This document shows, piece by piece, positions 30,076 to 38,263 of a stretch of DNA of 64,000 nucleotides. Each line of letters starts with the position of its first letter. Positions within the stretch are counted from its first letter, which is position 1. The position numbers were made by a program, and so were the translations under genes. The notes beneath the pieces are model-generated. The model made no database searches and was not told the origin of the DNA. It was given only the letters and a program-made list of their open reading frames with translations. The DNA comes from an uncultured Pelagibacteraceae bacterium (GTDB lineage Bacteria; Pseudomonadota; Alphaproteobacteria; Pelagibacterales; Pelagibacteraceae). The stretch covers positions 40,537 to 104,536 of the forward strand of contig CACFIH010000001.1 in assembly GCA_902566365.1 (NCBI GenBank). The letters are read 5' to 3'.

Positions 30076-30785
30076 AATCTATCCAAACCTTTATTTTTAA
30101 TTTTTATCAGTTCTGTATTATATTTCATTAAAAAAATTAAGAGTGAAAAAAGAGCAAATGCCGCAGTCATTATGATCAATGGAAACAACATCGACTCGTG
30201 AATCGATGATTTAGATAATATATTTATTGATGCTGGTTGATGAAGTGTGTTCCACCAATCAACAGAATACTTTATAATTGGAATATTAATAATTCCTAAA
30301 ATTGTGATTATAGTTGTCACCTTAAATGCTTGATCTTGCGTCTGATAAATTCTCCAGGCTAATAAATATATTCCATAAAATAGTGCTAGAATTAACATTG
30401 AAGTAATCCTAGCATCCCAAGCCCACCAAGTGCCCCAAGTGGGTTTACCCCAAATTGAACCAGTGACTAAAGCTATGATATTAAAAATAAAACCTGATGG
30501 AGCTAAGCTTTTAGAAATCAAAAAAAAATTAGGATTTTTAAAAATATAGCCAAAAACAGAAAATAAAGTGATCGTCGAAAAAATACCAAGAGTAATCCAT
30601 GCAGCAGGCACGTGAACATACATAATTCTTACTGAATGACTTTGTTTGTAATCTTCAGGCGATAATATTAATGATTCTATCAATCCAATTGTGAATACAA
30701 TTATAAATAAAATCAAAACATATTTTGGTGCTTTTGATGTAATAAAGAAAACTTTATTCGGATTAAAATATTTAAACATACTCAT
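30072..30785 (-). CDS. ccmC: Heme exporter protein CcmC
   Basis: YVHVPAAW, WGKPTWGTWWAWDARITS (WWD motif), WWNTLHQ. Confidence 0.96.
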   Translation of the reverse strand: MSMFKYFNPNKVFFITSKAPKYVLILFIIVFTIGLIESLILSPEDYKQSHSVRIMYVHVPAAWITLGIFSTITLFSVFGYIFKNPNFFLISKSLAPSGFIFNIIALVTGSIWGKPTWGTWWAWDARITSMLILALFYGIYLLAWRIYQTQDQAFKVTTIITILGIINIPIIKYSVDWWNTLHQPASINILSKSSIHESMLFPLIIMTAAFALFSLLIFLMKYNTELIKIKNKGLDRL

Positions 30786-30821
30786 TAATATATATTAGCT
30801 GATAAATTTATAAATTTAATG

Positions 30822-30892
30822 TGAAAAAATATCTGATCAAGAATGCAGAGGGAGATAATAACGAAGGGTATAAATATACACTCTTGATCAGT
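30822..30892 (-). ncRNA. Candidate ~70-nt sRNA or structured ccmC leader
   Basis: 15-bp stem (30877-30891 with 30833-30847, two G-U pairs on the minus strand), 29-nt C/U-rich loop, U6 tail, and TATAAT 7 nt upstream. Confidence 0.5.
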
Positions 30893-30957
30893 AATATTAT
30901 TATAATACCAATTTGATATGTCCGAGATTTGAACCAAATGTGTTAAAAAAATGATTT

Positions 30958-31278
30958 CTAATTAGATTGCTTAAAATAGCTTGAACCTTTTTTTCCAGAG
31001 AAAATTTCCTCTATTAAAGGGTGCTTAATTGGTTCATCAGAGTCGTCTACAAGTAAGTTTTGCTCTGATACATATGCTTCATAGGTTATTTCATCATTTT
31101 CAGCCAACAAATGGTAAAAAGGCTGATCTTTCCTAGGTCTCACATTTTTTGGGATAGACTGATACCATTCTTCTGAATTATTAAACTCGAAATCCACGTC
31201 ATAAATAACCCCTCTGAATTCAAAGTGTTTATGTTTTACTATATCACCTATTGAAAATTTTGCTTTTTGAATTGCCAT
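30958..31278 (-). CDS. hspQ: Heat shock protein HspQ (YccV-like)
   Basis: KFSIGDIVKH, RGVIYDVD, QPFYHLLAEN, AYVSEQNL. Confidence 0.93.
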   Translation of the reverse strand: MAIQKAKFSIGDIVKHKHFEFRGVIYDVDFEFNNSEEWYQSIPKNVRPRKDQPFYHLLAENDEITYEAYVSEQNLLVDDSDEPIKHPLIEEIFSGKKGSSYFKQSN

Positions 31279-31285
31279 TGAGTTT

Positions 31286-31314
31286 AGTATGGGTATTTAA
31301 AAATAAAAATCAAT
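31286..31314 (-). promoter_or_regulatory. Putative RpoH (sigma32) promoter of hspQ
   Basis: Minus strand ATTGAT-N15-CCCATACT, close to the alphaproteobacterial CTTGAA-N15/16-CCTATAT consensus. Confidence 0.5.
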
Positions 31315-31367
31315 AAGAAAAAATATTAAGATTTTGAGAAAGTATAATTTATGTTAATATCTTTATA

Positions 31368-31919
31368 GTGAATAAGTCTTTATTAAAATTTGTTACTGAT
31401 TTTGGCCCTTTAATAATTTTTTTTTACTACTATTACGATAGTGATAAAGATCTAAAAGTTGCGATACCACCATTGATAGTTGCGACAATTCTAGCATTAG
31501 CTATAGTTTGGTTTTTAGAAAAAAAAATTCCAAAAGTTCCACTATTAGGCGGTTTGCTGATTACTTTTTTTGGAGGTTTAACAATTTATTTTGATAATCC
31601 AATATTTATTTACATCAAACCAACAATAATAAATATTTTATTTGGATTAGCTTTAATATTTGGAAGGTTTTTTACGCAAGAACCAGTATTAAAAAAATTA
31701 ATGGGAAAATCAATTTCGTTAACCAATGAAGGTTGGGAAGTATTAAATAAGAGATGGATATATTTCTTCTTTGGCTTAGCAATTTTAAATGAATTAGTTT
31801 GGCGAACTCAATCAGAAGAATTTTGGGTTAATTTTAAAGTTTGGGGATTATTACCAATAACATTTATTTTTACAGCCTTTCAAATAGGTTTAATAAACAA
31901 ATATAAAACAAATGAATAG
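31368..31919 (+). CDS. yciB: Inner membrane protein YciB/IspZ (intracellular septation protein A)
   Basis: DFGPL, FIYIKPTI, WVNFKVWG. Confidence 0.9.
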   Translation: MNKSLLKFVTDFGPLIIFFYYYYDSDKDLKVAIPPLIVATILALAIVWFLEKKIPKVPLLGGLLITFFGGLTIYFDNPIFIYIKPTIINILFGLALIFGRFFTQEPVLKKLMGKSISLTNEGWEVLNKRWIYFFFGLAILNELVWRTQSEEFWVNFKVWGLLPITFIFTAFQIGLINKYKTNE

Positions 31920-32259
31920 CAATCTTAGATTAGTAATCAATAATGTTAACAATAAAGATATCGATGAAAAGTATTTCTTTGAAAAAGATGAGCTAAAAAT
32001 TATCTTAGATTTATATGCAAAAATGGTTTCACAAGGTTCTTGGAAAGACTATGGTCTAAATATTTCAAGTAAACAGGTTGGTTTTAGCGTGTTCAAAAAT
32101 GCAGCTGAAAATGCACTATATAAAATTTGTAAAAACTTTAAACCTAAAAACAAAAATCTAAAATATTTAATTACAGACACTAATGGTAAAATATTAAAAA
32201 ACTCTTATGACCTTAGTATTTTATTACAAAACACAAATTGGAAAAAACTTTCAGATTAA
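31912..32259 (+). CDS. DUF2794 family protein
   Basis: FEKDELKIILDLYAKMVSQGSWKDYG matches the family pattern as I recall it. Confidence 0.8.
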   Translation: MNSNLRLVINNVNNKDIDEKYFFEKDELKIILDLYAKMVSQGSWKDYGLNISSKQVGFSVFKNAAENALYKICKNFKPKNKNLKYLITDTNGKILKNSYDLSILLQNTNWKKLSD

Positions 32260-32260
32260 A

Positions 32261-33022
32261 TTATCTTCTTTGACCAAATAGTCTAAGAAGCATAATAAAT
32301 AAATTGATAAAGTCTAGATATAATGTTAAGGCGCCCATAACTGCCTTTTTACCCATTAACTCACCTGTATCACTTGCAGAATACATATTTTTAATCTTCT
32401 GAGTGTCATATGCCGTAAGACCTACAAATATTAAAACACCTAAAATTGAAATTACAAAATACATCATAGGAGATTTCATAAAAATATTCACTATTGAAGC
32501 TATAATAATTCCTATTAGACCCATCATTAAAAAAGAACCTAACTTTGTTAAATCTCTTTTAGTTGTGTAACCATAAATACTCATGGCCCCGAATGTTGCA
32601 GATGTAATAAAGAAAACTCTTGTTACACTAAGACCAGTATAAACTAGTAGAATTGAAGATAAAGATAATCCCATTAAAGCGGCAAAAACCCAAAATGTAG
32701 TTTGAGCTTTAGATGCACTCATTTTATTAATGCCAAAGCTCATATAAAAAACAATTCCTAAAGGAGCCAACATTACAAGCCATTTTAGACCAGATAAATA
32801 AATTGCATTACCCATTTCAGTTAAAGCTACGATAGATCCAGATGCATCTGTAACAACAGACATTTTAAAAGTTAAAAGTGCAATTATTCCTGTAAGTAAA
32901 ATTCCTGTTGCCATATAATTATAAACTTTTAACATGTAGGCTCTTAAGCCTTCATCTGTTACAGCAGTTTCTTGAGCAGCTGCTCTAGCTCTTGCAAGTA
33001 TTCCTTTTTTATCAAATTCCAT
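32261..33022 (-). CDS. Bax inhibitor-1/YccA family membrane protein
   Basis: GLRAYMLKVYNYM, YGYTTKRDL, AYDTQKIK, LYLDFINLF. Confidence 0.94.
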   Translation of the reverse strand: MEFDKKGILARARAAAQETAVTDEGLRAYMLKVYNYMATGILLTGIIALLTFKMSVVTDASGSIVALTEMGNAIYLSGLKWLVMLAPLGIVFYMSFGINKMSASKAQTTFWVFAALMGLSLSSILLVYTGLSVTRVFFITSATFGAMSIYGYTTKRDLTKLGSFLMMGLIGIIIASIVNIFMKSPMMYFVISILGVLIFVGLTAYDTQKIKNMYSASDTGELMGKKAVMGALTLYLDFINLFIMLLRLFGQRR

Positions 33023-33032
33023 AATAGTAAAA

Positions 33033-33060
33033 ATATATAGTCTTTTACTAATTATTCAAG
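33033..33060 (-). promoter_or_regulatory. Putative RpoH (sigma32) promoter of the YccA-family gene
   Basis: Minus strand CTTGAA-N14-CTATATAT. Confidence 0.55.
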
Positions 33061-33103
33061 ATGCCTTAAAAGATTAATAAAAAATTAACTCAAAAAAACC
33101 GCA

Positions 33104-34141
33104 ATGAACTACAAAAAATTAGGAAATACTGATCTTGATGTGAGTACAATTTGTCTCGGTACCATGACATGGGGAGAGCAAAATACTGAAACCGAAGGAT
33201 TTGAACAAATGGATTTTGCTTTAGATCAAGGTGTAAACTTTTGGGATACTGCTGAGATTTATTCTATCCCTCCGAGAGAGGAAACATTTGGCAGCACAGA
33301 AAAAATCATAGGTAATTGGTTCAAAAAAACTAAAAAAAGAAATAAGGTAATACTTGCTTCTAAAGTTTGTGGCCCAATGAGAGAATACGTAAGAGGTGGC
33401 GGAAATCAGTTTGGTAAAAAAAATATTACAGAGGCTTTAGAAGGGAGTTTAAAGAGATTAAAAACTGATTATGTAGATTTATATCAGCTTCATTGGCCTG
33501 AAAGGAATACAAATTTTTTTGGTAAATTGGGTTATGAACATAATGATGATGATGAGTGGACTAAATTTGAAGATATTTTAGAAAGTCTCAAAAAATTTAT
33601 AGAAGAGGGAAAAATTAGATATGTTGGATTATCAAATGAAACTCCTTGGGGCCTGTCAAAATTTTTGGAAATATCAAAAAAAAAAAATCTTCCAAGAATG
33701 CTTTCAGTTCAAAACCCATATAACCTTTTAAATAGAACTTATGAAGTTGGTCTTGCAGAAATCTCTGTAAGAGAAAAAGCTGGATTGCTTGCATATTCCC
33801 CATTGGCATGTGGGTATCTATCTGGAAAATATAGAAATAATCAACTGCCTAAAAGATCTAGAATAGCTCTCCATAAAGATTTTTGGACCAGATATAACAA
33901 ACCTAATTCAGGAAAAGCAATCGATGCTTATTATGAGATAGCAAAGAAGTATAAATTAGACTTAGCACAAATGTCGTTAAAATTTTTAGAAATTCAACCT
34001 TTTGTAACCTCTGTCATTATTGGAGCAACTACAATGGAGCAGTTGAAAACTAACATAGAAAGTGTAAATATAAATTTGACTAACGAAATAATAAATGAAA
34101 TTAATGAAATACAAAAAATTTATCCAAACCCATGTCCTTAA
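33104..34141 (+). CDS. NADP(H)-dependent aldo/keto reductase (Tas-like)
   Basis: LGTMTWGEQN, DTAEIY, DLYQLHWP, GLSNETPWG, QNPYNLLNR. Confidence 0.93.
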   Translation: MNYKKLGNTDLDVSTICLGTMTWGEQNTETEGFEQMDFALDQGVNFWDTAEIYSIPPREETFGSTEKIIGNWFKKTKKRNKVILASKVCGPMREYVRGGGNQFGKKNITEALEGSLKRLKTDYVDLYQLHWPERNTNFFGKLGYEHNDDDEWTKFEDILESLKKFIEEGKIRYVGLSNETPWGLSKFLEISKKKNLPRMLSVQNPYNLLNRTYEVGLAEISVREKAGLLAYSPLACGYLSGKYRNNQLPKRSRIALHKDFWTRYNKPNSGKAIDAYYEIAKKYKLDLAQMSLKFLEIQPFVTSVIIGATTMEQLKTNIESVNINLTNEIINEINEIQKIYPNPCP

Positions 34142-34644
34142 TTAAAAAAATTTTATCTATTACAATAATTGTTTTTTTTGCCTCTTTATCTAAAGTATTT
34201 GCTGAGGATCTAAAAAAAGTTGGTAAATTTAAAGATTGGGAAGTAATGGTTATGTCAGAGGCATCTGGAAAAGTATGTTTTGCACAATCAATTCCTGTCT
34301 TGCAAGCTCCAAAAAACAATAAAAGAGACGCCAGATTGTTCGTGACCTTTAGACCTGGTGAAAAAATTTCAAATGAAATAAGCACAACTTCAGGCTACGA
34401 ATTTAATAAAAATAATTCAGTTTTAGCAACTTCGGGAAATAATAAATTTAAGTTTGATATAAAACAACAAGGCTTTGCTTGGATGACTAGCAATAAAAAA
34501 GAAAATATCATGGTCAAGGTTATGAAAAAAGGTTCCAGAATTATGGTGACTGGTTATAACGAAAAAGGTTCTCAAACTATAGATCATTATTCATTACTTG
34601 GTTTTACAAAAGCATACGGTACTGCAAAAAAAGCTTGCAGTTAA
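34132..34644 (+). CDS. Invasion-associated locus B (IalB)-like exported protein
   Basis: Signal peptide, FKDWEV...CFA, MKKG, YSLLGFTKAY...C. Confidence 0.8.
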   Translation: MSLIKKILSITIIVFFASLSKVFAEDLKKVGKFKDWEVMVMSEASGKVCFAQSIPVLQAPKNNKRDARLFVTFRPGEKISNEISTTSGYEFNKNNSVLATSGNNKFKFDIKQQGFAWMTSNKKENIMVKVMKKGSRIMVTGYNEKGSQTIDHYSLLGFTKAYGTAKKACS

Positions 34645-34647
34645 TAA

Positions 34648-35832
34648 ATGAAATCAAAAAAAAGAATTGTTTTAGCTTATTCTGGTGGTTTGGATACATC
34701 CATTATTTTAAAATGGTTACAAGAAAATTATAATGCTGAAGTAATTTGTTATACAGCTGACATAGGTCAAGAAATTAATAAAAAAAAAATTATTTTGAAT
34801 GCTAAAAAATTTGGGGTTAAAGATATAATTATTAATGACCTCAAAGATATTTTTGTAAAAGATTATGTTTACCCAATGATACGTGGGCACGCAATTTACG
34901 AAGGTATATATTTATTGGGAACTTCAATTGCAAGACCCCTTATTGCGAAAGACCAAATTAAAGTTGCAAAGAAATATAAAGCATATGCAGTTTCTCATGG
35001 AGCGACAGGAAAAGGAAATGATCAAGTGAGATTTGAGCTTGGATATCATTACTTTGGTCCAAAAATAAAAATTATTGCACCCTGGAGAATTTGGAAGTTA
35101 AAATCTAGAACAGATTTAATAAGTTATGCAAAAAAACATGGTATACCAATTCCTAAGGATAAAAAGGGTGCACCACCTTTTTCTGTAGATGATAATTTAT
35201 TTCATACTTCAACAGAGGGAAAAGTTTTAGAAAATCCAAAAAACTCAGCTCCAGAATTTATTTTTCAAAGAACTGTTTCACCAGAAAAAGCTCCCAACAA
35301 ACCAACTTTTGTTACAATTAATTTTAAAAATGGAGATCCAGTTGGAGTTAATGGGAAAAAATTAAGACCTTCAAAGTTACTTAAAAAATTAAATCAATTT
35401 GCTGGAAAGAATGGAATTGGAAGAGTCGATCTTGTTGAAAATAGATTTCTAGGAATAAAATCACGAGGCGTTTATGAAACTCCAGGAGGAACATTGTTAA
35501 TTCATGCTCACAGAGCAATTGAATCTGTCACTTTAGATAAAGAAACAATGCATAAAAAAGATAATGTAATGTCTAGATATGCTGAACTAATTTATAATGG
35601 ATACTGGTACTCAAAAGAGAGATTCAAACTTCAAAAAATCGTCGATCTTAAAAAAAGCAAAGTTAATGGATCAGTTAAACTTAAACTTTATAAAGGCAAC
35701 ATAACAATTCAATCTAGAGTTACTAATAGTACAGCTTACTCTATGAAAAAAGTTTCTTTTGAAGAAAATAAATCTTTCAATAAGTCAAATGTTGAGAAAT
35801 TTATAAACTTTCACAAAAAGAAGTTAAAATAA
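34648..35832 (+). CDS. argG: Argininosuccinate synthase
   Basis: LAYSGGLDTS, HGATGKGNDQVRFE, KSRGVYETPGG. Confidence 0.97.
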   Translation: MKSKKRIVLAYSGGLDTSIILKWLQENYNAEVICYTADIGQEINKKKIILNAKKFGVKDIIINDLKDIFVKDYVYPMIRGHAIYEGIYLLGTSIARPLIAKDQIKVAKKYKAYAVSHGATGKGNDQVRFELGYHYFGPKIKIIAPWRIWKLKSRTDLISYAKKHGIPIPKDKKGAPPFSVDDNLFHTSTEGKVLENPKNSAPEFIFQRTVSPEKAPNKPTFVTINFKNGDPVGVNGKKLRPSKLLKKLNQFAGKNGIGRVDLVENRFLGIKSRGVYETPGGTLLIHAHRAIESVTLDKETMHKKDNVMSRYAELIYNGYWYSKERFKLQKIVDLKKSKVNGSVKLKLYKGNITIQSRVTNSTAYSMKKVSFEENKSFNKSNVEKFINFHKKKLK

Positions 35833-35895
35833 ATTAACTTAAGTGCGGACAATTTGGGCATTGTTAATTTTGAAAAAAAACTTAATTTAGCTAAC

Positions 35896-36348
35896 ATGGA
35901 TGGTTTAAAAAAATGGATGCAGGAATCGGCCAATATACTATTTGATGATAGTAAAAATGACCTTAGATCTTTGCCTAAAGCAGTAAGATTACAAATCTTA
36001 TTAGTATTAAGTTTTATCTGGACAACTGTGTTTAGTTTATACGTTTTTTCTTACACTACATTTGCTTTTGGATGGGCTGGAACATACATAGCTCATGTTG
36101 GACTTATATTTGCAGTGTATATGACATTTAAACAATTTCATAAAGCTGAAGAAAAATCGAACAGTGTATTTGAAACAAAAAATTTTGATCCATTTAAGAT
36201 TATGGTGATAGTTTTTGTAATTGTTTTCATCTTTGTTTTCTCGAAAGGTATAGAAGTTTTGACAAATACAAACTCTTATTCAATACCTTATGATGGACCA
36301 TCAAAATCAGTGTTTGAAAAATGGCTACCATTTAGTAAAGATAAGTAA
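35896..36348 (+). CDS. Hypothetical membrane protein, about 3 TM (start at the ATG at 35896)
   Basis: Hydrophobic ORF; its stop overlaps the psiE-like start (TAATG). Confidence 0.72.
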   Translation: MDGLKKWMQESANILFDDSKNDLRSLPKAVRLQILLVLSFIWTTVFSLYVFSYTTFAFGWAGTYIAHVGLIFAVYMTFKQFHKAEEKSNSVFETKNFDPFKIMVIVFVIVFIFVFSKGIEVLTNTNSYSIPYDGPSKSVFEKWLPFSKDK

Positions 36349-36728
36349 TGGAAAAAATAGCAAAAAATTTGCAACTAATATTAATGGTTATCATTTTGAT
36401 AAGCACAGTAATTGCTGTCGGTATTGAAATTAGTAAAATGTTTCAAAATCGATCAGTCACATTAGCTGATTTGCTATTAATGTTTCTGTATTTAGAAGTG
36501 CTTGCTATGGTAAGAGTTTTTTGGCATCAACAATCAATTAGTATTACGTTGCCATTATTAATTGCAATTACTGCCCTAGCACGATTTATAATTCTTCAAG
36601 GAAAAGAAATGGATCCAGCAGCATTAGTTTATGAAGCTGTTGCAATCGTGCTTATTGCTGGAGCAATTGTAATCTTGAGATTAAGACACAGTGAAAAATT
36701 AGGTCTAAAGAAAAAAAAAACAAAATAA
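36348..36728 (+). CDS. PsiE family (phosphate-starvation-inducible E-like) membrane protein
   Basis: LADLLLMFLYLEV, IAITALARFIIL. Confidence 0.85.
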   Translation: MEKIAKNLQLILMVIILISTVIAVGIEISKMFQNRSVTLADLLLMFLYLEVLAMVRVFWHQQSISITLPLLIAITALARFIILQGKEMDPAALVYEAVAIVLIAGAIVILRLRHSEKLGLKKKKTK

Positions 36729-36734
36729 ATTATT

Positions 36735-37874
36735 ATGAATTTTGAAGCTTCAAGGGCTAAGGCCTTAGAAAAATTAAATTATTTTGTAGAAAATAATCTT
36801 TCTGAATACTCTAAGCTTAGAAACTTTGACTATGGTCCACAAAATAGATCTAATATTTCTTGTTTATCTCCCTACATTACTCATGGAATTATTAATGAAG
36901 AAGAAGTGATTAAAAAATCACTTAGTAAGTTTTCTTTTTCAAAAAATGAGAAATTTATTCAAGAAGTTTTGTGGCGCACATATTGGAAAGGTTGGCTTGA
37001 ATTAAGACCAAATGTCTGGTCAGACTATTTAATAGAACTGAATAAAATCAGAGAAAATTATAAAAACAATCCGAATTACAATAATGCACTTGAAGGTAAA
37101 ACAAATATTGAATGCTTTAATGCATGGGTAAATGAGCTAAAGGAAAATAATTATTTACATAATCACACAAGAATGTGGTTTGCTAGTATTTGGATTTTTA
37201 CTTTAGATTTGCCTTGGCAATTAGGAGCAGAATTTTTTATGAAACATCTTTATGATGGAGATGCTGCATCAAATACACTTGGATGGAGATGGGTTGCTGG
37301 TGTTCAAACTCAAGGAAAACATTACTTGGCAAGCGAATGGAATATTAAAAAATTCACCAACAATAGATTTAATAACATTAAATTAAATGAAAATGCTCCT
37401 CCAAAAGTATCTGAAAAAACTCATTCAATTATAAAACAAGATTTTAATAATCCTCAAAATTTAGAAGAAAAAAACCTTGTAATTTTTGATAACAACCTTT
37501 CTTTTGAAATCACTAATTTTCAGGATAATAAATTTAAAAAAATCTATTTAATTTCTAATAAAAACGAAAATAAGTCCATCAAGCTCAGTGAAGAAGTAGT
37601 GAAATTTAAATCTCATTTAATCGAAGACCAAGAAAAAAGATTAAAAGCTAAGTCTATTAATTGTGAAGTTATAGATATAAGTGAAATTAAAAAAATTGAA
37701 AAATGTTATGGTCTATATCCAACAGTAGGTGAAAACTTAGACTATTTAAATTCAAATAATATAAAAATAGAATTCTTATATAGGAAACTTGACCAGTATT
37801 CTTGGCAATATTGTAATAAAGGTTTCTTTAATTTTAAAAATTATATTCCTAAAATAATTTCAACTTTTAATTAA
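36735..37874 (+). CDS. Short DNA photolyase with N-terminal FAD domain (NewPHL-like inverted topology)
   Basis: Begins directly with the catalytic domain (SCLSPYITHG, KFIQEVLWRTYW, YLHNHTRMWFASIW, YDGDAASNTLGWRWVAG) and ends with a ~140-aa C-terminal domain. Confidence 0.82.
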   Translation: MNFEASRAKALEKLNYFVENNLSEYSKLRNFDYGPQNRSNISCLSPYITHGIINEEEVIKKSLSKFSFSKNEKFIQEVLWRTYWKGWLELRPNVWSDYLIELNKIRENYKNNPNYNNALEGKTNIECFNAWVNELKENNYLHNHTRMWFASIWIFTLDLPWQLGAEFFMKHLYDGDAASNTLGWRWVAGVQTQGKHYLASEWNIKKFTNNRFNNIKLNENAPPKVSEKTHSIIKQDFNNPQNLEEKNLVIFDNNLSFEITNFQDNKFKKIYLISNKNENKSIKLSEEVVKFKSHLIEDQEKRLKAKSINCEVIDISEIKKIEKCYGLYPTVGENLDYLNSNNIKIEFLYRKLDQYSWQYCNKGFFNFKNYIPKIISTFN

Positions 37875-38092
37875 AACCACCTAAACATTCCAATTATGCC
37901 AGCTGTTGCATAAAAGAATTGTAAAAATAATATTCCTCTATGACCACCTCTATAAGCCCAAATTCCAATTAAGATTGCAGATATAAGTAATAAGCAAAAA
38001 CCAAAGAACTCGATTCCAATATTCATTGCTACAAATAATGAATATAATATTGCAGTAATAACACCTGCCCATTCAAAAATTTTATTATTCAT
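37871..38092 (-). CDS. Small three-TM membrane protein (SemiPnu/SemiSWEET-like size)
   Basis: 73 aa with three hydrophobic helices, EWAG...NI...G...W...LQ...GMFRW pattern. Confidence 0.7.
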   Translation of the reverse strand: MNNKIFEWAGVITAILYSLFVAMNIGIEFFGFCLLLISAILIGIWAYRGGHRGILFLQFFYATAGIIGMFRWF

Positions 38093-38097
38093 ACACT

Positions 38098-38235
38098 TTA
38101 TTCGTTTTCCAAATTGAATTTTTTTCTATTATAAATTTTTTTTTTATCTTTTACTATTTTATTTCTGAGCATTGGTGAGCTTAATAATTTGGCCATTGGA
38201 TTTTTCTTTTTTAATTTTTTTCTTTTTTTGCTCAT
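38098..38235 (-). CDS. 45-aa basic microprotein, ArfA-like
   Basis: Manual translation MSKKRKKLKKKNPMAKLLSSPMLRNKIVKDKKKIYNRKKFNLENE*; fills the gap between two same-strand genes (28-nt and 5-nt spacers). Confidence 0.6.
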   Translation of the reverse strand: MSKKRKKLKKKNPMAKLLSSPMLRNKIVKDKKKIYNRKKFNLENE

Positions 38236-38263
38236 ATGAGTTTTTTAAATTAGTATATAAAAT

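Noticed and set aside
30803-30818. Perfect palindrome TAAATTTATAAATTTA upstream of ccmC
   Set aside because: It is entirely A/T in a very AT-rich genome, so it is likely by chance, and I have no independent support for an operator.
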